A stretch of DNA of 64,000 bases, from the IMG/VR virus record IMGVR_UViG_3300050026_000388, positions 1 through 64,000 of that record. One strand, written 5' to 3'. Below are positions 10,768 through 20,743 of this stretch, in pieces. Each line of letters opens with the position of its first letter. Position 1 is the stretch's first letter. Source of the stretch: a virus. Below the pieces are notes generated by a model that saw only the letters and a program-made list of their open reading frames with translations, did no database searches and had not been told where the DNA came from. The translations under genes and the position numbers were made by a program.

Positions 10768-12444
10768 CGTATGATGATTGGATTACTCCTGAGATGACTC
10801 CATTCGACAAACTCTTTATCGAATCATGTTTTATCGGCATGGCGATAGGCGCAACCTTCTTATTAGCGGTTGTCTTACAGTGGATTTGGAATCTGTTGTA
10901 AAGAAGAAAAGTGAGGTGAAAAATGACTAAACTTGAGAATATAAAAGCTGCAATAGCTGAAGGAAACCCAGTTGTCGCCACGTTAGAAGGCAAGGCATCA
11001 ACTATAATTGGATACGACGATGAAAAGCAAAGCTTTTGGGCCGCGCCTTGTGGTGGTCCCAGGACGTGGATTCCGTATTCAGCATTAGAAGAAGAAAAAA
11101 GAGGGGTGAAAAATGACTTTAATTTGTGAGGGATGTGGGGAAAGAGTTGAACTAACACAGTGTTGTTTCTCAATTAGTAGTCGCGTATGGCATATCAAAT
11201 GTTTTACTTGGTATTTGAGTAGAGAAGAAAAATGAGGGGTGAAAAATGACCGTCCCTATTTTATTTCAATGTGATGTTCCAGATTGTGAGATAAGAGCAA
11301 CGCATAGATACTCCAATGGGTTTCGTTTTTGTGATGAACACTCTAAATGGTGGGATTCTTACGTGAAAAAAGAGTTGGCGAAATTCGAAGAGGGGTGAAA
11401 AATGGAAGTAGAATCTAAGATACCATTAAGTCCGGATGAGAGACGGCTATTCCGCGTTTTGTCTTTATCGCTTAAAGGGATGAATCAAGAACTTGAAAAG
11501 GAAGGGTGGACTATGGAAGTGGTGGTTAGGAGGTTTGAAAAATGACACCAGAAGATAAAGAGGCATTAAAAACGCTTGAGGATATGTATCATAACTGTCG
11601 ACCATATGGGTCAGACATCTACGACGAGTGTTATCACAAACTTCGAGAGTATATACTCAGCCGAAAGAAGAAAAATGATGAGTAACAAAGAGATTCTACA
11701 ATTTACTAAAGTAAAGCGCAAGTATTACGAAGAAGAACAGAGTAAGCCAGATGACAACTACGATGAATGTGGTTGTGGGGGTTGTCGTGAGGATGCATAT
11801 ATAGATGCGTACGACGAACTTATAGAATTTATTATTAATCCCTCTGTAACTCAAAAAGCAATCAGAGAACTTCAAGAACAAGCAGACAGAAAAAACAGAG
11901 AATGGGTAAGCATCTTTAACCCGTATAACGATGAGCGCGGGTATAAGTTACCACCAGTTAAGGAAATGGACCTTCCTCAATGTGAACTCGAAGCGATGGG
12001 GCTGCCAAATCCATTTCAGAATAAATTATATTATATCATGAAGTGGCTTAACGAGCCTTGAGGTGAAAAATGACTATTGAAGAAAGAATCATAGTGCTAC
12101 GCGAGGTTTATCACGTCTTTGAGTGGGCACTTGAAAAACACGCAGACTCAGACCCGTACGCTAGTGATGCCGACTACGTTTTACAAAAAGCGTTTATTAA
12201 ACTCTGCGAGTGTGAAAGTGTACCAATAGACATGATGATTCGGGAATTAGGTTTAACGTACGATAAATACGGTCATTTATCTGGTTGGATGTCTAAAGAT
12301 TGGATGAAAGAGAAAATGAGGGGGAATAATGAATCCTGATGCGGTAGAGCAAGAATTGTTTGGTCACATAATCACATTATTTAGGGACACCGTTACAAAA
12401 CTCTGTGAATTGGAAGGGCGAATCAAAGAGTTAGAGGGTGAAAA

Positions 12445-12726
12445 ATGAAACAGAAGCTTGAAATTGTATGTGAAAAAGGTGAGTATGATGTTGGCGACAT
12501 CTTAGAGTTTCAAGAACAAAATTCCTTTGAAGGGTATCATGGGTTTATCGCAAAAGTGCGAGTTGTTGACATTGATGTGCTTGAAGTTCTTGGAGCACAC
12601 GCGCCGCACCCGTTAATCTCAGCAGGTGGCGTGATTATTTGGGTTGCGAAGAACCAACCCCTACTCGATGAGGGCCGCCGTGTTAAACAAGGATGTAGTT
12701 TTGAGCTTATTGTTGAAGAGTGGTAA
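12445..12726 (+). CDS. Hypothetical protein, paralog of 48092..48349
   Basis: Shared D(V/L)GDILE..VRV.D.D.L..HP..SAGG pattern. Confidence 0.6.
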   Translation: MKQKLEIVCEKGEYDVGDILEFQEQNSFEGYHGFIAKVRVVDIDVLEVLGAHAPHPLISAGGVIIWVAKNQPLLDEGRRVKQGCSFELIVEEW

Positions 12727-12978
12727 AAAATGACCTGGTATCTGCAAACCAAACATTTCACTATGATGTATAGGAAAAGACATTGGTTTGGGTGGCATAA
12801 AACCGCTTATTATGGTCATCTTTTTAAAACATTTAAGAGAGAAAAAGAAAAATGACTCCTAAAGAAATAGTTAGATGGCTTAACCAGTATAATAGAGAAA
12901 TTGCGGAATGGGAACCGGTGCGTTTATCGGCAGTAATAAGCGAATTTATAGAAGAGTTTTGCGAACAAGAAGAAAACG

Positions 12979-13146
12979 ATGACAACCATACGCCTACAAG
13001 ATGAAACCGCCCACAACCTTAAGGCCCTCGGCCTGCGCGGTGACAGCTACGATAAGACAATAGCGATGCTTATTGACAGCTTCAAGAAGTGTGACCCACG
13101 ATATAAAGCGATTGAAGAGTTGAGGGTTGCGCTGGAAGGACAGTGA
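12979..13146 (+). CDS. Ribbon-helix-helix regulator (second paralog)
   Basis: MTTIRLQDETAHNLKALGLRGDSYDKTIAMLID. Confidence 0.7.
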   Translation: MTTIRLQDETAHNLKALGLRGDSYDKTIAMLIDSFKKCDPRYKAIEELRVALEGQ

Positions 13147-13454
13147 GGGGTGAAAAATGACTGAAGAATGTATCGGCTGTGGAGCGACAGAAAGTCGCCA
13201 GTGGTATTTATTGAACATGCACGATATAACCTTGGATTACTGCTGCGCTACGTGTTGGGAAAAGATGTGGGATGATGCTTTTAAAGATATTGATGAACAC
13301 AATGCGTGGGTCGATACGATTGAAAAAGAAGGAAAGTGATGAAAAAGACGGCACCAAAAAAATAAAGAATGGAACACATCAAGAAGGTGCCGCTTTCGGT
13401 CTTTCCGTATATCGGGAAGAGACGCTACTAATACTGAGTTGCAATTATTCTTAA

Positions 13455-13773
13455 GTGTTTCGTAAGTAGAGCGAGGCCGAAGGCCGAGCGGTTGACCAGT
13501 GTCTTTTTTTATTTTATAATAAGAATAATATTATTCCTATGTGTATCCTATGTATTTTTAGAAATTGTAGAAGAGCTTTTGCGGCTAATAATGAAGTTTA
13601 AAGTTATTATTTAGTTGTAGTCGTATGTATTGAAAGGTTAAATAGCTTTTGGTGGGGTGATGTACACTAATGTACATTTTTATACGCTAGTCATTAGATA
13701 CCTATACCTTCGCTGAAAATAGATAGGAAGACACATAGGAAAATATATAGCTAATCATGACATAGTAATAATC
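13455..13773. other. AT-rich intergenic region, candidate replication origin
   Basis: GGCC-GAA-GGCC hairpin, a partial operator, an ~18-bp imperfect inverted repeat (13534-13551 / 13723-13741) and an ATGTACA direct repeat. Confidence 0.35.
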
Positions 13774-14241
13774 ATGAAATTAGATGACATGCTGGGGTGG
13801 CGTGCCAACCCCACAGAGATTTATGAGCGACTTTTAACACATATAGTAGTAATGAATCACGGCGAGCACCATTGGATATGGCAGCATACTCACAACGATG
13901 ATGGCCAGTTTTACTTAACCGCTAAAGAAGTAGCGCCGTTGCCGCGGCAGGTTCATCCGAAAGGTAAGAACGTTTCAGCGCGGAGGTTAATGTACCTATT
14001 GTTTTATAACATAATTCCAGATGACGCAAAAATAAAAACACTCTGTAACGTAAAAGCGTGTCTGAATCCAGAGCATCTTACAATCAGCGGCCAAGAAGAA
14101 TGGGAGCAGGAAAGATTAGAAAAGATACAGGCAGAAGGTATTGGACTAGGTGGTGAGGCGGCGCGCGAGATTCATAACATTTTAACCGCACAGCCGTTGA
14201 TATATAAAGGAACATTCAGCGTTACAGGGGCTAAGAGGTAA
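13774..14241 (+). CDS. Divergent His-Me finger (HNH_3-like) protein
   Basis: HWIW..ARRLMY..LCNVKACLNPEHL. Confidence 0.55.
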   Translation: MKLDDMLGWRANPTEIYERLLTHIVVMNHGEHHWIWQHTHNDDGQFYLTAKEVAPLPRQVHPKGKNVSARRLMYLLFYNIIPDDAKIKTLCNVKACLNPEHLTISGQEEWEQERLEKIQAEGIGLGGEAAREIHNILTAQPLIYKGTFSVTGAKR

Positions 14242-14245
14242 AACG

Positions 14246-14599
14246 ATGTATGATGAAATAGTTCGTAAAATTTATGATGAAGTTAGCGAGCAAGGAACGT
14301 ACATCATAGCTGAAGATTGTGGGGGGTATGTAAAAGTTGGAAAAACAGGAGAGATTGGTCAGCGGATTAAAGAACTACAGGTAGGGAACCCCCGACATTT
14401 ATATGTGATTTTTTGGATTCCACATACAGATATAGAAAAAGAATTAGAAGTTATCTTTAAACCATTGTATGTTAAAGGGTCATGGTATCATCACGACCCA
14501 GAAATCGACGAGTTTATACGTGAGTTTGAAGCTGAGGTTGAGAATGTGGGACAGATAAAAGAGCGGCCAAACCTGCCGATAATTGTAGCTAGGCGGTAA
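14246..14599 (+). CDS. GIY-YIG (T5orf172/Mug113-like) nuclease
   Basis: TYII..YVKVGKT..RIKELQVGNP..GSWY. Confidence 0.75.
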   Translation: MYDEIVRKIYDEVSEQGTYIIAEDCGGYVKVGKTGEIGQRIKELQVGNPRHLYVIFWIPHTDIEKELEVIFKPLYVKGSWYHHDPEIDEFIREFEAEVENVGQIKERPNLPIIVARR

Positions 14600-14925
14600 G
14601 ATGTCGCCATGTGAAATCTGCGAAAGCTATGAAGAATCTGGCGGCCTCGTCACCTGCACCCAACCCCCAGGCACTACGGTCCTCTTTGACAACCGCGACT
14701 GTCCCCAGTATGTCAAAAAGATACAATAACTATATATAATAAGAAGAATATATATATTAACTCCGCGCATCTATATATCTTGGAGGTGAACTATTATTGT
14801 TGGCACTACTCAGTCTGCTATTATGGATGTGGAACAAAAGAGTTCCAATAAAAAAGTAGCCAAAAAATCTAAAACTAAAAAACTGCGTTCGATTGTTTTA
14901 CCGAACGAAAGCTACAAGTGGGACT

Positions 14926-15324
14926 TTATTCTTTAGCCGCTTTCTCTTTTTCTTTACTCTTCCGCTCGAGCGTGCGCCTTAAGTCCAGCATATCATAAAA
15001 AAGCAACCGCCTCATATACACGTCCTCAAGCATTTCCTGCTGCAGCTTTTCGTCTTGTATCTTTGTAGCGAATGCTTCAGCGTTTTGGATATCCTCAAGC
15101 ACGTGCTCAAGAACGGCGAGTTGATGTGAGTCGTGAACGGGGTATTCTATCGGGTCCCAACGGTCAGGGATAAATACTCGACCAATTCTCTCAAGAGCGT
15201 CGTCTATACGCCTTAGCTTCATCACACAACGCATATGCGCTATGCGGTCGTGCGCGTCAAAAATCACGACGCTATCAAAGCCTCTATCGGTAGGTAAAAT
15301 CATAATCGTGGTAATCAATTGCAT
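14926..15324 (-). CDS. Hypothetical protein
   Basis: Long ORF divergent from 15441, with a TATA-like element upstream. Confidence 0.55.
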   Translation of the reverse strand: MQLITTIMILPTDRGFDSVVIFDAHDRIAHMRCVMKLRRIDDALERIGRVFIPDRWDPIEYPVHDSHQLAVLEHVLEDIQNAEAFATKIQDEKLQQEMLEDVYMRRLLFYDMLDLRRTLERKSKEKEKAAKE

Positions 15325-15440
15325 AGTGCGTTGCAATTAGTTATATATGTTTTGATTTAACACGGTTTTGAAACCCCCTAAAAAACCACTGGTTAATTTC
15401 AAAACGTAATATATTTATAATATTAGAACTATTTGTTAAG

Positions 15441-15750
15441 TATGAAAACCTTAACTATCAAAGATGGCACACATACACGACTACAAGAGCGTGGGAAGAT
15501 GTATGACTCTTTTGATACACTCCTCAATCGTTTACTAGACTGCGAGCGCCATGAATTTATAATGCAAAACGCCGAGAGGTTAGATGCCGCGTTTGGATTG
15601 TTGTTGGATGCAGATGTAGACCCTATCCTTAAGGCGAGGGCTTTGTTCCAAGGGATAGGGACTGCGATAAAACTTTTCGAATTAGGTGAACTAGACAAAA
15701 GACTACATGAGTTAGAGATTGATGGTAAAGAGGAGAACGACAATGAGTGA
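15441..15750 (+). CDS. RHH regulator fused to a TerS-like helical tail
   Basis: MKTLTIKDGTHTRLQERG..DSFDTLLNRLLD. C-terminal ELDKRLHELE resembles DLDKRVRELE in 32802..33152. Start approximate. Confidence 0.65.
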
Positions 15751-16528
15751 AGTTATAGGACGAAGTAACGAACAGATAGAGAAATGTCGAGTAAAGTTAA
15801 GGCATTATATTGATGAGTGTGATGGTGATGGGATTATTATTGGAAGAGAACAAGCCCTAGCCATAACGAAGAGGAATACATTTGGAGAAGAAATTGCTAG
15901 TATAATAGGGTGGGATACTGCAGATGTATTACGTGTTTTTAGTGAAAAAGCTTCTAAGGCGGTGTATGGTCCTAAATCAGTGGAATATCTTCCTGCGGTA
16001 CAACTAGAGGTAGCCAATGTATTAAAAAAGGGCCTGGAAGTGAAAGGTAGGGGGCGAGGTAGGAGAAAGATTGCCACTCCTGAACAGATATTACCAGGGC
16101 AACTTGAGGAGCATATAAGGCTGTATCTAAAAGAGTTGTATGGTTTACTAACGCACGCTCAACTCCAAGCTTTAGTAGTGGACCGCCTAAGCTCTGATGG
16201 ATTTAGTGTAAATACAAAAGCAGGAGTTGTAGGAGACACCGGCAAACGCGTGGATATAATAGCTGATGCAACGTGGGGTAATAAAAGAGACAGGGCATAT
16301 GAAATAAAACTTAGCCCAGATGTGACTAATGCGTCAAATGCATTGGGTTCTTTGTTGATGGGTGTTGATGACGACGACAGGGAATTATATTTCCTTACAC
16401 CATATTCTAGGAAAAAGAAAGAGGATTGGAATAGTTACGGAGTACCGGAACAAAAAGTTATAGCAAGATTAGAAAAGAAGGGAGTAAAGTGGGTTGGATT
16501 TGACGGAAAAAAGTTTGTGAGGGCTTGA
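15719..16528 (+). CDS. PD-(D/E)XK restriction-endonuclease-like protein
   Basis: RVDIIAD..AYEIK..NALGSLL. Confidence 0.6.
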   Translation: MMVKRRTTMSEVIGRSNEQIEKCRVKLRHYIDECDGDGIIIGREQALAITKRNTFGEEIASIIGWDTADVLRVFSEKASKAVYGPKSVEYLPAVQLEVANVLKKGLEVKGRGRGRRKIATPEQILPGQLEEHIRLYLKELYGLLTHAQLQALVVDRLSSDGFSVNTKAGVVGDTGKRVDIIADATWGNKRDRAYEIKLSPDVTNASNALGSLLMGVDDDDRELYFLTPYSRKKKEDWNSYGVPEQKVIARLEKKGVKWVGFDGKKFVRA

Positions 16529-16552
16529 TAACACAACCCCGCAACGTTTTCG

Positions 16553-16604
16553 GGCTCTGGTGAAACAACGGTGAAACCCAATGGTGAAAAAGCGGTTGGT
16601 GAAA
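16553..16604 (+). repeat. Left terminal inverted repeat with 4 GGTGAA sub-repeats
   Basis: ggctctggtgaaacaacggtgaaacccaatggtgaaaaagcggttggtgaaa. Confidence 0.9.
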
Positions 16605-16640
16605 CGGTTGGCAAAGGAAAATAGCCAGAAAATATCTACG

Positions 16641-16928
16641 CTAAACTATCCCAGAGTTACGAACGTGAGTAACACCGCTTGGGGTCAGCCTTACCAAAGA
16701 GATTGTGTCCCGCCCAGTTCTATCTTTTTCTTTAAGTATCCATAGATACCCTAAAAAATCAAGCGCGACTGAAATGCTCACGACTTCGTCGTCGTTAAAG
16801 CCGAACCTTCCTGCGAGCGGGTATAACTCCCCCCCTACCACCATACGAGACACGTCTCCCCCAGTATAGTCGTAAAGCATTTTAATGAATTTCTCTTGAC
16901 TATCTAACAGTTCTACCATTATACTCAC
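16641..16928 (-). CDS. Winged-helix-like cargo protein
   Basis: ..LDFLGYL..VRLTPSGV wHTH wing pattern. Confidence 0.55.
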   Translation of the reverse strand: MSIMVELLDSQEKFIKMLYDYTGGDVSRMVVGGELYPLAGRFGFNDDEVVSISVALDFLGYLWILKEKDRTGRDTISLVRLTPSGVTHVRNSGIV

Positions 16929-17027
16929 CTATCCTTTGAATATAGCTTTGCTGCAATAAAGAAATAGCCTTTATTAGCAATTGCATCCCAATAAAATCAA
17001 GTGACTTCAGCCAGATAGTGTTGAGAT

Positions 17028-17321
17028 ATGGACGATAGAAGACACCTTTACGATAAGGCGAGAATAATGCTGCTTCAAGCGAATGATGCGTTTGACAAGA
17101 AGGAATGGTACGCTTATCGCACGTACGTCGACGGTTATAATGAACTTTTAGAGCAAACTGCGAAAATCTGTGGCGACGAAATATATCACTATATGAATCC
17201 TATTGAACTGTCTAAGCGAGTTAGTGCCTATCCGATGGAGAACGCGGCGACGTATATGGCAACTGCGGTAGCCAAACTCAGAGAATTAGTGGGCTATCTG
17301 CAAGTTGATAAAGAGAAGTAA
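17028..17321 (+). CDS. Helical hypothetical cargo protein
   Basis: 97-aa all-alpha-like ORF inside the transposon. Confidence 0.55.
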   Translation: MDDRRHLYDKARIMLLQANDAFDKKEWYAYRTYVDGYNELLEQTAKICGDEIYHYMNPIELSKRVSAYPMENAATYMATAVAKLRELVGYLQVDKEK

Positions 17322-17411
17322 TGAAGGTGAGAGAGGAAAAATAGTTGTGGTGATTTGCTGTAAGTCTAAGAATAACTGAACTTAAATACCGTTTAAACGT
17401 TTAAGCGAATT

Positions 17412-18251
17412 GTGGAAATCTTAGCGCAGCACGGCATTTCTAACAGGCTTCACGAACTTGTCAGGAACTTAACAGAACTGGTTGTCGCCAAAAGTGACGG
17501 TAAGTCAGAAGTTGAACTTTCCACTGTCGAATTTGTTACCCCACTTTCCATTTTACCTCTTGCAGCGTACGGCAACCATTATGGCGTAACTATACGCTGC
17601 ACTGAAGACCCGAACAGTGACGCTTGCCGCTACTTGAACACTATATGCTTTCAAAAAGGAGTTGAATATTTTCAACGCAGCGATACAGGTCACCTTCCAA
17701 TCATGTGGCGACCGGCCAGAGAGGATGATTTTCTTACAAATTACGAAGAAGGTATATGCTTGCGGGCAGACTTGCCTAAAACTTCTGGATTACTAAACAG
17801 CTTAGAAGTACTCACGAGTGAGGTAGTTGCTAATGTGCGGCAACACGCCGAAATTGGCTATTATTGGATTCTCGCACAGTTCTATGAACGTTCCAGCAAT
17901 CTTTGCGAAATTGTAATTGCTGATAACGGGAGAGGCTACAAGAAGTCGTTCGAAGGCACAGAGTTTGAAGTGAAAACAGACGCAGAAGCAATTCAGAACG
18001 CCTTTGAAGGAAAATCCTCGAAACCACGTAAGAGCGATTTAATGCCTAGGGGTTATGGAATACGCCATATCAGAAATGCGTTTATAAATCGTTTTCACGG
18101 CAAACTTGTTATCATTTCGGGAAAATCAATACGATATTACAAAGAAAGTGCAAGCAAAGAAATTCCCCTGCCTCTTGGATGGCCAGGGTCAATAGTCTGT
18201 GTTAATTTTAATGCAAAAGACATCGACGCGCTGGACGATATGCCAGATTAA
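17412..18251 (+). CDS. STAS-like domain plus HATPase_c (GHKL) kinase-like protein
   Basis: VELSTVEFVTP (STAS), N box EVVANVRQHA, G1 IADNGRG, G2 RGYGI, G3 GSIV. Confidence 0.8.
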   Translation: MEILAQHGISNRLHELVRNLTELVVAKSDGKSEVELSTVEFVTPLSILPLAAYGNHYGVTIRCTEDPNSDACRYLNTICFQKGVEYFQRSDTGHLPIMWRPAREDDFLTNYEEGICLRADLPKTSGLLNSLEVLTSEVVANVRQHAEIGYYWILAQFYERSSNLCEIVIADNGRGYKKSFEGTEFEVKTDAEAIQNAFEGKSSKPRKSDLMPRGYGIRHIRNAFINRFHGKLVIISGKSIRYYKESASKEIPLPLGWPGSIVCVNFNAKDIDALDDMPD

Positions 18252-18655
18252 GCGCTTATAGAGGCCATTTCTGCTTGGAATTTTTCTATCATGCCTTGCA
18301 CAAACTCGGGCGTATGCTTAAAACTTACTTTCCGACTGCCGAGGCCAGAAAGCAACTCTCGCAAAAATGAAGGTGAGGTGAATTCTATATAATCAAAGTC
18401 TATTACAACAGGAGAATCTCCTTTAGGTAGACTTTCAATGACTTCCTCGGCAGACTCTCTGAAGCGCAGCTTAGTTACACCAAACATCTGATATAGGTTC
18501 ACTATAGATTCGTGTTTGATTTTCCCCCGCGGCCTATTCCAGTAAGGGCTTTTGCACTTAGGGCACACTTTTGGCTCTCCTTCGGACTCTCTTCTCGGAG
18601 CCCAAACGTGCTCGCAGCGCTCGCATTGGAACGCGGGTATCTGAATCTTTGCCAT
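18248..18655 (-). CDS. Zn-ribbon plus STAS-like (DUF4325-type) protein
   Basis: CERCEHVWAPR..CPKCKSPYW, then VVIDFDYIEFTSPSFLRELL. Confidence 0.75.
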   Translation of the reverse strand: MAKIQIPAFQCERCEHVWAPRRESEGEPKVCPKCKSPYWNRPRGKIKHESIVNLYQMFGVTKLRFRESAEEVIESLPKGDSPVVIDFDYIEFTSPSFLRELLSGLGSRKVSFKHTPEFVQGMIEKFQAEMASISA

Positions 18656-18775
18656 ATTAGATATTCTCGCTTGCTTTCTATTTAATCCTTACCTTTTAGT
18701 CTATTACTTTTAGTATACTAGCATTAAGTATATATAGTTATATACCTATTAGTAATATACTAGAAGGTAATTAAG

Positions 18776-19960
18776 ATGTATCCCCACACAACCCCTCAAC
18801 AATCTGCGCGAATCCTTCGCGGGCAGTCGATGATTGAACAAGGCTTTGAGCCTAGCCAAATTGATAATACGACGTTTACTATTCATTCTCAATCGAGCGA
18901 CAAGCAATACAGCGTCCTTCACAAGTACAACGCGTGGTACTGCGACTGTCCCGATTACCTTTACAGGAAACTTGAGTGCAAACACATACACGCTGTCCGT
19001 TTTTGGCAGGAGCTTAAGAACAAGCTCGTTATCGAGCAGGCTCAAGAAGCTCAAGAGGTAGAGAACGAAATTGTCGCCAACCGCCAACCAGAGAATTTTA
19101 CGTGCGTTTACTGCGGCTGTGAAGAGATTATAAAGCACGGCACGCGCACGACAAAAACCGGCAGCAAGACGCGGATGTGGTGTAAGAGCTGCAACCACAC
19201 GTTTACGCTGGAATCTGAAGCAGGATTCGAGAAGATGCAAGTTACCTCCAAGATGGTCACGGTCGCACTTGACCTTTACTTCAAAGGAACTTCGCTACGC
19301 AAAATCACAGACCACCTAGGGCAGTTCTACGACCGAAAACTAGACCACACAACCGTCCTTTACTGGATTAAGAAATACAGCGCGATAATCAGTCACTACG
19401 CTGAAACCCTCAACCCAAAACTCGGCGGCATTTGGCACGCGGATGAAATGAAGGTCAAGACGAAGCGGGATGAATGGTCGTGGTTGTGGCACGTTATGGA
19501 CAGCGAAACGCGGTTTATGGTCGCTAACCTTGTCACTAAGAAACGGGAAGTGCAGGATGCTCAGGAGCTGTTCAAAGAGGCAAGAGAAGCGGGGAAACCG
19601 GAATTGCTCATCACTGATGGCTTGCAGTCGTACCACAAGGCGTTCAACAGGGAGTTTTACGACCACCATCAGGAGAGTGAGCACGTCGTGGCTGAGGGGT
19701 TGACCGCTCGGAGTAACAATAACAAGGTTGAAAGGTTACACAACACTGTCAGGGAGCGCGTTAAGGTAATGCGGGGGTTGCACAGCGATAAGTCGGCTGC
19801 GGTGTTCAATCAGGGGTTCAAGGCGTATTACAACTTCGTAAGGCCAAATCAGGCGCTAAACGGGAAAACTCCGGCTGAGGTAGCGGGGATTAATTTGAAG
19901 TTAGGGGAGAATAGGTGGCTGACGCTTGTAAAAAAGGCTAAGAACAATAGTCAGGGGTAA
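18776..19960 (+). CDS. tnp: IS6-family DDE transposase with N-terminal SWIM and Zn-ribbon domains
   Basis: SWIM CDCPD..CKH, Zn ribbon CVYC..CKSC, and DDE motifs WHADE, ITDGLQSY, NNKVERLH, YNFVRP. Confidence 0.93.
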   Translation: MYPHTTPQQSARILRGQSMIEQGFEPSQIDNTTFTIHSQSSDKQYSVLHKYNAWYCDCPDYLYRKLECKHIHAVRFWQELKNKLVIEQAQEAQEVENEIVANRQPENFTCVYCGCEEIIKHGTRTTKTGSKTRMWCKSCNHTFTLESEAGFEKMQVTSKMVTVALDLYFKGTSLRKITDHLGQFYDRKLDHTTVLYWIKKYSAIISHYAETLNPKLGGIWHADEMKVKTKRDEWSWLWHVMDSETRFMVANLVTKKREVQDAQELFKEAREAGKPELLITDGLQSYHKAFNREFYDHHQESEHVVAEGLTARSNNNKVERLHNTVRERVKVMRGLHSDKSAAVFNQGFKAYYNFVRPNQALNGKTPAEVAGINLKLGENRWLTLVKKAKNNSQG

Positions 19961-20172
19961 ATCCCCTGTATTCACTTTTTCTTTTCAAAGTCAGAGCTGT
20001 ATTTCTGAGCTTTTTCCAACCGCGTTAGTTCAAACCCTGAGCTAGTCCAGTAAGCTCTTACCTTTTCTCTATCCTCTGCTGAAGGTGCTTTTGTTGTTTG
20101 GCTCGTGGTCTGCATACAACTAAACCTATGATGCGATTGTTTTTAAGCCTTTTCTCTACCTCTTAACAAATA

Positions 20173-20667
20173 CTAAGCGACCATAGCATAAATGCTCCAA
20201 AGCGCCAAGGCTGTGATTATAGCTATTCCAACAGCAAACAAGCCGGCCATGTATTTTGTATATCTCAGTTTATGCTCTGCGGTCTCAAGGACTTCAATAA
20301 ACGACTGCAACATAGAATCTTGTACAATGCTTTCGTAGTCTTTGTCAGCGCCGCTAACGTATGAGTTGATAGTTTCTGTAATATCAACACCTGTCGGGTA
20401 TCCTCCTTCACCTCTGTTGAAATAGGCTAGCATCCCAGTAATTATCGAGCCAAAAAGAAATACTATCCCGATTGCGTAAATCTCTAATTCCAATGTTGAT
20501 AATTTAAGAACAAAACTACCCAGCAATATCACTTGAATAAATACTAAAAAAACAAAACCGAGAAAAATTCCAGTTTTGCTATCAATCGAGCTGTCATACC
20601 CTACTAGAATCGGGATTTGCCTTTTCAGTTCGTCGCCAATGAGCTTATTAAAGTCGTCTGGATTCAA
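20173..20667 (-). CDS. 3-TM membrane cargo protein
   Basis: SIDSK, two TM helices, a loop and a third TM helix. Resembles small membrane effectors of defence islands. Confidence 0.55.
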   Translation of the reverse strand: MNPDDFNKLIGDELKRQIPILVGYDSSIDSKTGIFLGFVFLVFIQVILLGSFVLKLSTLELEIYAIGIVFLFGSIITGMLAYFNRGEGGYPTGVDITETINSYVSGADKDYESIVQDSMLQSFIEVLETAEHKLRYTKYMAGLFAVGIAIITALALWSIYAMVA

Positions 20668-20743
20668 TGTCTAAACCAATAAGCATGCTGAGGTTTCCAA
20701 CAAAAAGCTTTCGATTTTGTCAGAAACGATTAAAAATTGTAGG

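Larger units (their letters stand above)
7731..13339 (+). other. Array of ~25 translationally coupled micro-ORFs (~40-130 aa) with a conserved junction
   Basis: 13 exact GGTGAAAAATG junctions plus variants. Most ORFs start Met-Thr and several end EEEK or GEK. Confidence 0.85.

Noticed and set aside
8951-13170. CRISPR array interpretation of the repeated junction
   Set aside because: The repeat is short, the intervening lengths are long and irregular (over 100 bp), the intervening DNA is coding, and there is no cas operon.
18776-19975. Minimal IS bounded tightly around the transposase
   Set aside because: There are no IRs or TSD next to the gene, only a small hairpin at its stop. The real ends are at 16553 and 21392.
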